In this document: positions 20,065 to 30,507 of the stretch, one piece after another
Position numbering within the stretch: position 1 is the first letter of the stretch
Layout: every line of letters begins with the position of its first letter
Source: an uncultured Gammaproteobacteria bacterium
Lineage (GTDB): Bacteria > Pseudomonadota > Gammaproteobacteria > GCA-001735895
Reading direction: 5' to 3'
DNA length: 64,000 bases
Assembly: GCA_963793595.1 (NCBI GenBank)
Contig: CAWCBX010000101.1
Location: forward strand, 243-64,242
Notes under the pieces: model-generated
What the model was told of the DNA's origin: nothing
The model's input: the letters and a program-made list of their open reading frames with translations, nothing else
Database searches by the model: none
Translations under genes and position numbers: made by a program

Positions 20065-20565
20065 TACATTACGCCTCAACCTCGACTACTAGGTTGGTTG
20101 AGAGTCAAAACCATTAGCAGCACGACAAAAATATATAAAACAGATACTTAGCCAAAATAATTGGCATTTTTCGATGACTTTACAGGGTCAAAAAGGTCCC
20201 TTTTGAATGATTCAACATGGGCTCAAGCGAAAACCTGCAACAAAGCTCGCTCTTACCTGCCTTGAGCTGGAGGTTTTGCGACCGGTAGTCGGCTTCCGTT
20301 ATTGGTGTTGGATTCAACTGATCGATGCAACACTTTGAAAGCCCTGCCTGAGGTTGACACGAAATACTGCTTATCAGATACTCCCCGCCATCCTGCTGAT
20401 CGATGTCGGTCCATCTTACCCAAAAGTCGTTTCAGCCTTCTCCACGGTAGTGTGGCACTGGCAAAGTTAACAATCCCAGAGTTCCCGGCATCTATACCTG
20501 AAAGACAACCAACTGTTCATTCGCGCAGTAGATGGCGTAACCAGGTGCGCATATAACCTATTCCC

Positions 20566-22605
20566 ATGGAAAATTGGCTCACTGACAAGTTGAAAATTCC
20601 ACTGTGGTTCGTCGTGACGAACCTGGTGCTGTTTGCCGTTTACCGCGTCGCTTTCCTGGCAAACTTCGCCGCCGTAAATTCGTCTGCAGAGGCCTTGCGA
20701 ATTCTGCTCTACGGGTTGCGCCTGGACCTGGCACTGCTGGGAATCGAGTTATTCCTGATGGCCCTCCCCGCAATCATAACAGGCCGCTGGTATCCTCGCC
20801 GGAGACGGATTGCCTTGTGGGCTATTACCTGGATCCACGGCCTGGCCTGCTTCTCAAATATTCTTTTCTATGCCGAGCGGAATCAGCATTTCTGGGAGAT
20901 GTTAATCGCAAACCTGACTCGACCGGACCAGATTTACCTCGCGATCGAACCTTTCATTTATGAACATCGCGCCCTCGCGGCGGCATTGTTGATCGGGTCA
21001 CTGCTGTTCCTTACCCTGGCGGTCCGGGCATCCCGTAGCGCAACGCAAACAGCGCAGGAGTTTGACGGGCCACAACGCCGACGCGCAGTTAAGTGGACGC
21101 TCGCGCTCCTCTTGCTTACCAACCTGGATCCACTGGCTATCAAGAAGAACGACTGGCCCCTCGGTTGGGTGGTGATACCCACCGCAAGCCAGTACTACAT
21201 GCGTTTCGACAATTACCTTTTGAACCAGAGCGTAATCAACCCCGTGCACGACCTGGTAAGATATTATCTACCTGCGAACCTGGCCGGCCTGTTGCGGTCT
21301 GGTAGCCAGGGCCTGCGTGCCGGCGAGCTGGACCCGGAGGAGGCTCTGCAGCGTACTTTGAAAATACAGGGGATTACACCTACCGATTTTGACTACCCTC
21401 TATTTCGTCAAGTTTCGTCTCCAAACGACCTGGGCATCCAAAACGTAATCGTTCTCGAGGTAGAAGGACTTTCCGACTCCTTGATCCATCACGTTGCCGA
21501 GGATCGTCCGGTGATGCCTTTTCTGCAGCGAATCAGCCAGGAGTCGCTCTACTTTAACAATATCTTTCAGAGCGCCGACGCAACAGATGGCTCTGTTTTC
21601 GCTACTGCCACCAGTCTCCCCAAGACCTTCTCAGAGATAAAAACTGAGTTCTTTGTCGCTTACGAAGTGAACGGACACTTCGGCAGCCTGCCCGCGATTC
21701 TCGGATCGAAAGACTATAGTCATTACTTTCTGCAGGCTTTTCGTCATCGCTCGGACGACTTCTCCAGTTTTATGGGTAACCAGGGATTCAATACCTACGA
21801 CTTCTCGGATTTCGAGAGCCGCCTGCGAGACAGTCATACCACGCAACCGACCAGCAATGCCCTGGGCGTCTTTGACGGTCCGTTCCTGTCAGAGTCCGCG
21901 GAGATTTTGTCATCCTCGCCGGGTCCGTTCACCGCTCAGCTGATGACATCGACGAGCCACTCACCCTGGTCAATCCCGGAGGGTTTTCCCGCTCCATTTA
22001 GCAAGCGCAAGCTCAACACTTTTCATTACGTGGATAAGAGCCTGGAGGATTTCTTTGCCGAGCTCCGCAGTAGCCTGCCAGATTTCGACAAGACCCTGAT
22101 CGTGATCGTTGGCGATCATACCAGTGTTACCTTCGGCTCCGGCTACTTCGAACGAATCCACGTCCCACTCATCTTTTACAGCCCGGTTTTGCAACCACAC
22201 AGGAACCGCTGGGAAGAACAGCTCGATACACCAGGCAGCCATGTGGATATAATTCCAACAACCCTTGACCTGTTGGGTGGACAACACAACTATGCTGGTA
22301 TGGGAATGAGCCTGCTGCGTGAAGAGGCTCGTGACCGCGGTATTCTGAGCGGCAAACGCTACTCCGGACTCTATATCCGGGACGGCTTCGTGTTTGACTA
22401 CGAACCCTACTCGCCACCATCGGAAAGAACCAAACTCTACCGCGTCAAGGAAGGGGAAATAGTCCGCCGGGACATTTCTGCGGAGTATCCCGAAGTTGTG
22501 CAGCGAATGCGCGAGGAGTACCTGGCTCAGTACGAGACATCCCGCCGGTTGACACGAGAAAAGCGCATCTTCCCGGTGCACCTGAGAACACCGGCAGGCA
22601 CCTAG
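20566..22605 (+). CDS. LTA-synthase-family protein (multi-TM N-terminus plus sulfatase/alkaline-phosphatase-superfamily domain; phosphoglycerol/phosphoethanolamine-transferase-like)
   Basis: 679 aa. About 5 N-terminal TM helices, then a periplasmic sulfatase-like domain (NVIVLEVEGLSDS ... LIVIVGDHT). Confidence 0.8.
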   Translation: MENWLTDKLKIPLWFVVTNLVLFAVYRVAFLANFAAVNSSAEALRILLYGLRLDLALLGIELFLMALPAIITGRWYPRRRRIALWAITWIHGLACFSNILFYAERNQHFWEMLIANLTRPDQIYLAIEPFIYEHRALAAALLIGSLLFLTLAVRASRSATQTAQEFDGPQRRRAVKWTLALLLLTNLDPLAIKKNDWPLGWVVIPTASQYYMRFDNYLLNQSVINPVHDLVRYYLPANLAGLLRSGSQGLRAGELDPEEALQRTLKIQGITPTDFDYPLFRQVSSPNDLGIQNVIVLEVEGLSDSLIHHVAEDRPVMPFLQRISQESLYFNNIFQSADATDGSVFATATSLPKTFSEIKTEFFVAYEVNGHFGSLPAILGSKDYSHYFLQAFRHRSDDFSSFMGNQGFNTYDFSDFESRLRDSHTTQPTSNALGVFDGPFLSESAEILSSSPGPFTAQLMTSTSHSPWSIPEGFPAPFSKRKLNTFHYVDKSLEDFFAELRSSLPDFDKTLIVIVGDHTSVTFGSGYFERIHVPLIFYSPVLQPHRNRWEEQLDTPGSHVDIIPTTLDLLGGQHNYAGMGMSLLREEARDRGILSGKRYSGLYIRDGFVFDYEPYSPPSERTKLYRVKEGEIVRRDISAEYPEVVQRMREEYLAQYETSRRLTREKRIFPVHLRTPAGT

Positions 22606-22677
22606 GCCATGTGGACTATTCGTTTTCCGCAAGGCTACCGGAATAACCTGCGATAGCGTTCATAATACCCCCTGTCT

Positions 22678-22702
22678 GTTTTAATCAGGCGCAGATTAAA
22701 AC
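22678..22702. terminator. hairpin between convergent genes (9-bp stem GTTTTAATC / GATTAAAAC)
   Basis: Perfect 9-bp stem with a 7-nt loop in the 108-bp convergent spacer. AT-rich stem and weak U-tracts, so termination activity is uncertain. Confidence 0.35.
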
Positions 22703-22713
22703 ACTAGTAATTC

Positions 22714-23193
22714 TCAGGGGAAAAATGGGCTGAAGGCCGTCACAATAGTCCGATATACTTCCTTCTTGAAAGGGGGGATCTGTTCGACCAGCCATTGTGC
22801 ATCGACCCAGTCGAATCGACTGAATTCCTGTTCTTTAACATTTGTAGCATCGGGTAACGGTCCATTATATTCGAGTAAAAACCACTTCTGCCGTTGACCG
22901 ATATAATAGATGTCGTCTTTGTATTGCGGTTTTCGAAACAGGTACTGCAGCCACGCATCGTGTTCACGAATTAGCCTGACCTGCTGTGTTTGCAATCCGG
23001 TTTCTTCGTAAAGCTCTCTTTGCATGGCATCGCGTGCTGATTCTGCATGATCAATCCCTCCCTGGGGCATCATCCATTCACCTGGATAGTGAAAAGCATC
23101 GCCGGCAAGAATTTTCTGCTCGCGATTGACGATCATAATACCGACATTCAATCGGTAATTTTGCTGGCTGGCCATTTCTTCAGTTTGAATCAT
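22714..23193 (-). CDS. rppH: Nudix hydrolase, RppH-like RNA pyrophosphohydrolase
   Basis: 159 aa. Nudix box GGIDHAESARDAMQRELYEETGL. Collinear with E. coli RppH (YRLNVGI..., QKWFLL, FDW). Confidence 0.75.
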   Translation of the reverse strand: MIQTEEMASQQNYRLNVGIMIVNREQKILAGDAFHYPGEWMMPQGGIDHAESARDAMQRELYEETGLQTQQVRLIREHDAWLQYLFRKPQYKDDIYYIGQRQKWFLLEYNGPLPDATNVKEQEFSRFDWVDAQWLVEQIPPFKKEVYRTIVTAFSPFFP

Positions 23194-23390
23194 TCATGCT
23201 CCTTCCGGGTCTGCTGTACTTCGTTATCCGGGTACTCCGTGGACGGCATTATAGGGGCTCCTGCTAAATTACGGGTACGGCCTGAGTGTCCGCTACGGGT
23301 AAAACAAGGTAATTGTTACGCTAATCATCCCTGATGCCTAAACAATACTGGCTGAATCGGGTAGAATCGCGCCCCTATCCGGATATCACC

Positions 23391-25574
23391 ATGCAAATCG
23401 AACTCAGCTCCCAGGCCAGACCATTGAATCAGTATCCGCTGTACTGGGCGGAATGCTTCGGCACGGCGCCGATTTTACCGATGTCGCGAGCGGAGATGGA
23501 AAGCCTCGGCTGGGACAGCTGCGATATCATTATTGTCACCGGCGACGCCTACGTCGACCATCCGAGCTTCGGTATGGCGATCATCGGACGCCTGCTCGAG
23601 GCACAGGGTTATCGCGTCGGCATCATCGCCCAACCAGAGTGGGAGTCAGCCGAACCGTTCAAGGCGCTGGGCAAACCCAACCTGTTTTTCGGCGTCACCG
23701 CCGGCAACATGGATTCGATGATCAATCGTTACACGGCTGATCGAAAAATCCGCAGTGATGATGCCTATTCACCAGATGATGTCGGTGGTAAGCGCCCCGA
23801 TCGCTGTTCCATCGTTTATTCACAACGCTGTCGCGAGGCTTTCAACGATACGCCGATTGTTATCGGCGGCATCGAAGCCTCACTGCGCCGCATCGCACAC
23901 TACGATTATTGGCAGGACAAGGTACGACGTTCGATTCTCGCTGACGCCAAAGCCGACATCCTGTTATATGGCAATGCCGAACGCGCGCTGGTGGAGTTAG
24001 CGCAGAGGCTGGCCCGGGGCGACGCGATCGACAGTATCACCGATATACGCGGTACCGCATTCTTCATCAAGGACCTGCCGCCCGACTGGACCGTAATCGA
24101 TTCGACCAACGTGGATAAACCCGGACGGGTAGAGAATCCGCTGAACCCTTACCAGATCATTGACCAATCGGTATGCGATACCAGCCCGGACAACGACCTG
24201 GCGCCAAGTGCCGATATAAGGCTCGAGGGCAAGCTGGCGAAGGTTCAACAAAAGCTCGCGCAACGTCTGAAAACCGTGGTGCGCCTGCCCTCGTTTAACG
24301 ATGTCAGTCGCGACCCGGTACTTTACGCCCACGCAAGCCGCGTGTTACATCTCGAAACCAATCCCGGCAATGCGCGCGCATTGGTGCAAAATCAGGGCGG
24401 CCAGAAAATCTGGTTTAATCCGCCGCCGATCCCGCTTTCCACCGAAGAGATGGACTATGTGTTCGGCTTTGACTATGCGCGTGTGCCACACCCGGCTTAT
24501 GGTGGTGCACGTATACCCGCATACGAAATGATTCGCTTTTCGGTCAATATCATGCGCGGCTGTTTTGGTGGCTGCACTTTCTGTTCGATAACCGAACACG
24601 AGGGGCGCATTATCCAGAACCGCTCACAAGACTCGATTCTGCGTGAAATCGAGGTCATGCGCGACAAGGTGCCGGGTTTTACCGGGGTGGTATCCGATCT
24701 CGGCGGGCCTACCGCCAATATGTATCGGATTGCCTGCAAGTCAAAGGCGATTGAAACTGCCTGTCGACGTCCGTCCTGTGTGTATCCCGGGATATGTGAA
24801 AATCTCAATACCGATCACTCGTCCCTGATCGAACTTTACCGCGGGGCGCGCGCTATCGAAGGTGTCAAGAAAGTATTGATCAGTTCCGGTCTGCGCTACG
24901 ACCTCGCGGTGGAATCGCCAGCCTATATCGAAGAGCTGGTGACCCATCACGTCGGCGGTTACCTCAAAATTGCGCCAGAACATACCGAACAGGGCCCGTT
25001 ATCAAAAATGATGAAGCCAGGTATGGGGAGTTACGATCGGTTCAAGGCTTTATTCGAGAAATATTCCCGTAAAGCGGGCAAGCAACAGTACCTCATTCCC
25101 TACTTCATCGCGGCCCATCCAGGTACCACCGATGAAGACATGATGAATCTCGCCATCTGGCTCAAGCAAAATGGTTTTCGTGCCGACCAGGTGCAGAACT
25201 TTTACCCATCGCCGATGGCGACCGCAACGGCAATGTATCATAGCGGTAAAAATCCGCTCAAACGTATCCGCCGCGACAGTGAAGATGTCAGCACCGCGAA
25301 GGGTGAAAAGCAACGGCGCTTGCACAAGGCGTTTCTACGCTACCATGACCCGGCGAACTGGCCCATGCTGCGTGCAGCACTCAAGGCGATGGGGCGGGAA
25401 GACCTGATTGGCAATGGCAAAAAGCAGTTAATTCCCGCCTACCAGCCGCGCGATACCAGCAACTACCAGAGCCCGCGACGCAAGAACAGCTACCAGGAAA
25501 AATCTTCAGCGCCCAGGAAGGGGAGAATACTGACGCAACACACCGGTCTGCCACCGCGCAAAACAGGCGCTTAA
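23391..25574 (+). CDS. ygiQ: YgiQ-family radical SAM protein (UPF0313)
   Basis: The track ORF starts at 23334. The ATG at 23391 (MQIELSS...[47 protein letters not shown]) aligns with the E. coli YgiQ N-terminus. Radical SAM cysteine motif CFGGCTFC. Confidence 0.9.
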   Translation: MQIELSSQARPLNQYPLYWAECFGTAPILPMSRAEMESLGWDSCDIIIVTGDAYVDHPSFGMAIIGRLLEAQGYRVGIIAQPEWESAEPFKALGKPNLFFGVTAGNMDSMINRYTADRKIRSDDAYSPDDVGGKRPDRCSIVYSQRCREAFNDTPIVIGGIEASLRRIAHYDYWQDKVRRSILADAKADILLYGNAERALVELAQRLARGDAIDSITDIRGTAFFIKDLPPDWTVIDSTNVDKPGRVENPLNPYQIIDQSVCDTSPDNDLAPSADIRLEGKLAKVQQKLAQRLKTVVRLPSFNDVSRDPVLYAHASRVLHLETNPGNARALVQNQGGQKIWFNPPPIPLSTEEMDYVFGFDYARVPHPAYGGARIPAYEMIRFSVNIMRGCFGGCTFCSITEHEGRIIQNRSQDSILREIEVMRDKVPGFTGVVSDLGGPTANMYRIACKSKAIETACRRPSCVYPGICENLNTDHSSLIELYRGARAIEGVKKVLISSGLRYDLAVESPAYIEELVTHHVGGYLKIAPEHTEQGPLSKMMKPGMGSYDRFKALFEKYSRKAGKQQYLIPYFIAAHPGTTDEDMMNLAIWLKQNGFRADQVQNFYPSPMATATAMYHSGKNPLKRIRRDSEDVSTAKGEKQRRLHKAFLRYHDPANWPMLRAALKAMGREDLIGNGKKQLIPAYQPRDTSNYQSPRRKNSYQEKSSAPRKGRILTQHTGLPPRKTGA

Positions 25575-25592
25575 ACTCGAGTACAGCCTGCT

Positions 25593-28130
25593 TCAGGCGG
25601 CGTTCATTTCCTTGATATGCTCCTGGCAGCGTTTCATCGATGCCGCCATCTGCTTACCGCTCGCATACCGGTCCTTGGCCTCTTTTTGTAGCGCCTTGTT
25701 GATCACATTGTTGACGCAGTTCGGCAAATCCGAACGGAAACGGCGGATATCCGGATGTTTCTCATTGGCAATGTTGTACATCAGGTTAGCTATGGAGTCG
25801 CCCTGGAATGGTAATTCCCCGCATAGCATCTGGTACATCGTCACACCCAGTGAAAACAGATCGGCACGTCCATCAACCCGTTTACCCGCGAGCTGTTCCG
25901 GCGACATGTAATAAGGACTGCCGAGTACAGTACCGGTTTTGGTTTTACTCGCGTCAGTCAGACAGGCAACACCGAAATCGGTAATCTTGGCAATACCTTT
26001 TTTATTGTCGTAGATAATGTTGGCCGGTTTGATATCGCGATGCACGACGTGCTGCTGGTGCGCATAATCGAGCGCCGAAGCGACGCTCATGATAATTTCC
26101 CAGACCTGGTTGATCGGCAATAGCGTCTTTGCAGTGCTATAAGCCGTCAGGTCCTTGCCCTTGAGATAGTCCATCGCAATATAGGCAAGATCCTGTTCGT
26201 CGCCGACATCGTAAACAGTAACGATGTTGGGATGGTCGAGCCGGCCGGCGGCCTCGGCTTCACGGAAAAAGCGGGTTTTTACCTCATCGCGCATTTCGTC
26301 TTCGATTTCGTCTGCCAGCACCATGGTTTTGATTGCCACGGTACGACCTATCTTGTCGTCATGCCCGAGGTAAACCATACCCATCGCGCCGCGCCCGATT
26401 TCACTGTCAATCTGGTAGCGGCCCAGCTTGGGTTTCTGCAAGCCTTCTTTACTCGAAATCAGGTTCGGTCCGGGACCGGTGATATCCCGGGTACCGCCCA
26501 GCACCACGGTATTTGACGCCTGTTGGTTCTGCTGAATACGATCATTGACATCGTTGAATTTGGCATCGTGGTGACTGATAAACTTGAACACTGCCACCGC
26601 CTTATTGAACTGACGCTTGCGTTCATAGTCGAGACCCAGGTTATAGACCTGTCCGAGTAGCGTCTCATCGATCTGGCAGGCACGCAACTTTTCAAATGCC
26701 TGATCGAGATTTCCCTGTGTCTGCAGCGACTGACCAAGCTGCCGGTTCGCCACCGACAGATCACTATTTACCTGGCTTAAACGCAGATTCACGGCCTGGC
26801 GCGTACCGAGCAGCAAATGGCCGATGATTAGCATCACCACAGCCGTCATCATCGGCAGCCACAGTGACTGGGAGCTCATCAGTACAAAATGCGCATTGAA
26901 TATCATTAGCAACAAAAACAGGCTCAGAAAAAACGCGGTATTGGTTCGAAATCGGCCCATTATCAGCATTAGATAAATACCAAGCGCGACAATTACGCCA
27001 CGTTGTGCCCAGCCGGCCCATTCGGGTAATTGATACTGTTCATTGTTGAGCAGGCTCGACACAGTATGAGCGCTCGCCAGGGTGGGCGAGATTGCCTGTC
27101 CGGTCGGGGTTAGCCGCGGCTGCGCGAGGCGCGGCGACGTCAGGCCGACAATTACAATCTTGTTAGTGAAAACACCGGTGGCCACGCTGCCGTCGAGTAC
27201 ATCGATTAGCGAATACATCTTGAATGCCGGCTTGCCGTCTTTGGCCTCATAGAAACGCGGATATATTCTGAAATCAATATCCGCACCCAGTTCTTTTCCG
27301 CCGAGCATCGGGCTGATACCAGTTCTGGATTCGATATGCTGCATTGACATACCCTTGCTACGGGTCGCCAGCATCAGGGCGAACGAAGGTAAGAATTCCC
27401 GCCCATATTGCACGATTAACGGCTCACTGTTCAATTGCTCGGCAAAGCCGATCACACCGACCCCGCCCACGCGTTTAGCCAGTTTTTCAATTGGCGGAAA
27501 GATCTCGGCGGCCCTGGTAACATGCGGCGACGGCCAGCCGAATCCACGCTTGCTATTAGCGTTCACAGTAACCTTGGTCAGGGCAAACCTTTGCATATAC
27601 CTGGGCAGCGAGGGGTTTAACCCGGGCAGTGGCTCGCTCGTGGGTATATACGGCATCGCCAGTACTATTCGACCACCCGCCTTGAAAGTCGCCGCCAGAT
27701 TATCATCGCCGTGTAAAGTCGACTCGGTGACACGCAGCGCCTTGTTGACGCGTCGACTCAGCTTTTTCTCTTTCTTCAAAATAGTGCGTAATTCAGCCAA
27801 CGAATCCAGGCCGGCTTCGTACTGCCCGGTATCGAACGGCATCGTAAAACCGACCACCCTGGTCTTGGCCTTGGTTAACAGCTGTGTAGTTTCGGCGAGC
27901 ACGTCGCGCGACCAGGGCCAGGCACCCAGCGCCTGTAAAGATTTGTCATCGATCGCAACGACGACAATATCTTCATGCGGATCCTTGCTGGCAGAAAACT
28001 TTACCCCGAGATTGTAGGCCTGCCGGTCGAGCGCGGCAAACCAGCCGGCTTCTGCAATCATCAGAAACAGCAGGGTTATAACCAGTCCGATGAACCAGTC
28101 GCGTTTTAACAGGGATTTAATTAAAGGCAT
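25593..28130 (-). CDS. CHASE2 sensor domain - TM - TPR-like linker - Hanks-type Ser/Thr protein kinase
   Basis: 845 aa. N-terminal TM plus CHASE2 (VVVAIDDKSLQALGAWPWSRD), three TM helices, and a C-terminal kinase (GRGAMGMVYLG, AIK, HRDIKPANI, DFG, SPEQ). Confidence 0.85.
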   Translation of the reverse strand: MPLIKSLLKRDWFIGLVITLLFLMIAEAGWFAALDRQAYNLGVKFSASKDPHEDIVVVAIDDKSLQALGAWPWSRDVLAETTQLLTKAKTRVVGFTMPFDTGQYEAGLDSLAELRTILKKEKKLSRRVNKALRVTESTLHGDDNLAATFKAGGRIVLAMPYIPTSEPLPGLNPSLPRYMQRFALTKVTVNANSKRGFGWPSPHVTRAAEIFPPIEKLAKRVGGVGVIGFAEQLNSEPLIVQYGREFLPSFALMLATRSKGMSMQHIESRTGISPMLGGKELGADIDFRIYPRFYEAKDGKPAFKMYSLIDVLDGSVATGVFTNKIVIVGLTSPRLAQPRLTPTGQAISPTLASAHTVSSLLNNEQYQLPEWAGWAQRGVIVALGIYLMLIMGRFRTNTAFFLSLFLLLMIFNAHFVLMSSQSLWLPMMTAVVMLIIGHLLLGTRQAVNLRLSQVNSDLSVANRQLGQSLQTQGNLDQAFEKLRACQIDETLLGQVYNLGLDYERKRQFNKAVAVFKFISHHDAKFNDVNDRIQQNQQASNTVVLGGTRDITGPGPNLISSKEGLQKPKLGRYQIDSEIGRGAMGMVYLGHDDKIGRTVAIKTMVLADEIEDEMRDEVKTRFFREAEAAGRLDHPNIVTVYDVGDEQDLAYIAMDYLKGKDLTAYSTAKTLLPINQVWEIIMSVASALDYAHQQHVVHRDIKPANIIYDNKKGIAKITDFGVACLTDASKTKTGTVLGSPYYMSPEQLAGKRVDGRADLFSLGVTMYQMLCGELPFQGDSIANLMYNIANEKHPDIRRFRSDLPNCVNNVINKALQKEAKDRYASGKQMAASMKRCQEHIKEMNAA

Positions 28131-28632
28131 TCAAATAATGCTATTTCAAACCAGACACATATTGTGATGTCTTATAGTCTATTCGGGGCGGATTTTCTGC
28201 TCCGTTTGAAGAACAACAGGCTCGCGCCGTATCTGACCGTGACACCCGTCACAGGAGTCAAACTACGGCTATTTCTCATCACTATCTGTTTTGTCATTGC
28301 AGGTTTATTATTGTTTGGCTTAACTCAGTCTTTAATATAGCTACCAATGTCAGTTTTTCTGCTAATTCGCAGGACGTATACTGCTGTGGTGATCTTTTTT
28401 TATTCACTACAGCGTCGCCGGCGAAGGCGCAAAACCAGGCGGCGCCATCATAGCGAGAACACACCCCGGAACTGTCCCTTAGTCTGCATGCAGCGCGCTG
28501 CTTAATGGCTTAAGTCATTCGTAAACAATCTTTCTCCTGGCTGTACTCGCCTGTTCAAATAACTCAATCTTGGAATTAATTGCGCTTGCTGACACATTCA
28601 TTTAGCCTTTACCATCAAACATAGAGTTCATT

Positions 28633-30507
28633 ATGTCCGAGTCGGTCAATCTTTTATCCACCCAGCGGTTTAGACCATTCTTCCTGACCCAGCTGCTGGG
28701 GGCATTTAACGACAATCTTTATAAAAACGGGTTGACTATATTTATCGCCTTCCAGGCAGCCAGCGTTACGCAAGCAGAGAGTAATGCCCTGGTCAATATC
28801 GCTGCATTGCTGTTTATTCTGCCCTTCTTTCTATTTTCCGCAATTGCCGGTCAACTTGCAGACAAGCATGAGAAATCAATGCTGATCCGGCGCATAAAGC
28901 TACTCGAGATCGGGATCATGTTACTCGGGGCATGTGCTTTTATGTTGCAAAGCCCGGTACTCTTGATTGCTATCCTGTTTTTAATGGGGACGCAGTCGAC
29001 GTTATTTGGCCCGGTTAAATACAGCCTCATGCCCCAGGCGCTTAAAACTGAAGAACTTGTCGGTGGCAATGCCCTGGTCGAATTTGGAACTTTTCTTGCA
29101 ATCCTGATTGGTCTGATCGCCAGTGTCTATATTATAGGCCTGGGCTACGCGGCAATAAGTATCGCGGTGGTTCTCACCGCCTGTGCAGGTTACTGGGTCA
29201 GCAGGAGCATTCCGGCGCTTCCGGCTGCCGCCCCCGAACTCAAGCTGAGTTTCAACATATTCCGCCAAACCGTCAACATCATGCATGACGCAGGTGAAAA
29301 TCGAACCGTGTTCTACTCGATCATAGGAATATCGTGGTTCTGGTTTTTCGGCATCACCTATGTGACCCAGTTACCCAATTATGTGCGCTACGAACTCGGT
29401 GGCAGTGAACAGGTGTACGTTTTACTGCTGGCGATTTTTTCCATCGGTATCGGCGTCGGTTCGTTTCTCTGTGAAAAACTATCCGGTCGCATGGTTGAGA
29501 TCGGGCTGGTCCCCATCGGCGCACTCGGCCTGAGCCTGTTTGGTATCGATCTTTACTTCAACCAGGGGATGGCTAGCGCTGGTGCAGACCTGATCGGCCC
29601 TGCCGCGTTCCTCGCCCAATCCTCGAGTTTAAGAGTTTGTTTCGATATCGTCATGCTGGGTATTTCAGGAGGTATTTACATAGTGCCATTGTATGCCCTG
29701 GTGCAGCAGCGCAGCGAACCCAGCAAATGCTCCCGAATCATCGCCGCCAACAATGTTTTGAACGCGCTGTTTATGGTGGTGGCGTCCGTTTACGGATTGT
29801 TTGCCCTGTCGGTCGGAGTCTCGATTCCGATGCTGTTTCTCATCATGTCCTTAATGAACGCCGCGGTAGCTTTGTTCATCTTCAAACTGATCCCCGAGTT
29901 CGCCATGCGCCTGCTGATATGGTTACTGGTGCATACCATGTATCGAGTCGATAAAACCGATCTCGATAAAATTCCCGATGAAGGCCCTGCGATCCTGGTT
30001 TGTAATCATGTCAGTTTTATCGATGCGCTGGTACTCGCCGGTAGTATTCGACGTCCACTGCGTTTCGTTATGTATTACCGGATTTTTCAGTTACCTATTC
30101 TTTCCTTTATCTTCAAGACTGCAAACACCATCCCCATTGCCGGTGCGAAAGAGGACAGGGAGATGATGGAAAATGCCTTTGGCCAGATCAGTGCCGCACT
30201 AAGGGAGGGCGAACTGGTCTGTATCTTCCCCGAGGGCAAGATTACCGATGATGGCGAGTTGAATGCTTTCAGGCCCGGCGTGATGAAGGCCCTCAATCGG
30301 GACCCGGTCCCGGTGATACCGCTGGCTTTGCGGGGTCTATGGGGCAGCTTTTTCAGCCGCGCGTATGGCGACGCGATGAGTCGCCTGCTCCCGCGTGGCA
30401 TGTTTAGCCGTCTCGAACTGGTAGCCGGAGATCCAATCGCGGCCGAAATCGTAACTCCAGAGCTATTACAGCAAAGAGTTGAACAACTACGCGGCGAGCG
30501 ACGCTAA
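28633..30507 (+). CDS. MFS transporter (LplT-like lysophospholipid transporter) fused to a PlsC-type acyltransferase domain
   Basis: 624 aa. About 12 TM MFS body, then the acyltransferase HX4D motif (CNHVSFIDA) and FPEGKIT motif. Confidence 0.8.
   Translation: MSESVNLLSTQRFRPFFLTQLLGAFNDNLYKNGLTIFIAFQAASVTQAESNALVNIAALLFILPFFLFSAIAGQLADKHEKSMLIRRIKLLEIGIMLLGACAFMLQSPVLLIAILFLMGTQSTLFGPVKYSLMPQALKTEELVGGNALVEFGTFLAILIGLIASVYIIGLGYAAISIAVVLTACAGYWVSRSIPALPAAAPELKLSFNIFRQTVNIMHDAGENRTVFYSIIGISWFWFFGITYVTQLPNYVRYELGGSEQVYVLLLAIFSIGIGVGSFLCEKLSGRMVEIGLVPIGALGLSLFGIDLYFNQGMASAGADLIGPAAFLAQSSSLRVCFDIVMLGISGGIYIVPLYALVQQRSEPSKCSRIIAANNVLNALFMVVASVYGLFALSVGVSIPMLFLIMSLMNAAVALFIFKLIPEFAMRLLIWLLVHTMYRVDKTDLDKIPDEGPAILVCNHVSFIDALVLAGSIRRPLRFVMYYRIFQLPILSFIFKTANTIPIAGAKEDREMMENAFGQISAALREGELVCIFPEGKITDDGELNAFRPGVMKALNRDPVPVIPLALRGLWGSFFSRAYGDAMSRLLPRGMFSRLELVAGDPIAAEIVTPELLQQRVEQLRGERR

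Noticed and set aside
19957-20151. 64-aa ORF with repeated LTDKRY peptides.
   Set aside because: The peptide repeats are simply the translation of the 30-bp tandem DNA repeats. There is no RBS or other protein-like feature.
20152-20565. Possible IS or transposase remnant and the 84-aa ORF 20302..20556 upstream of the LTA-synthase-family gene.
   Set aside because: No transposase-like motif, terminal inverted repeat or target duplication could be identified. The ORF product is not protein-like. An imperfect inverted repeat (GCGAAAACCTGCA / TGGAGGTTTTGCG, about 20228-20283) is too weak to interpret.
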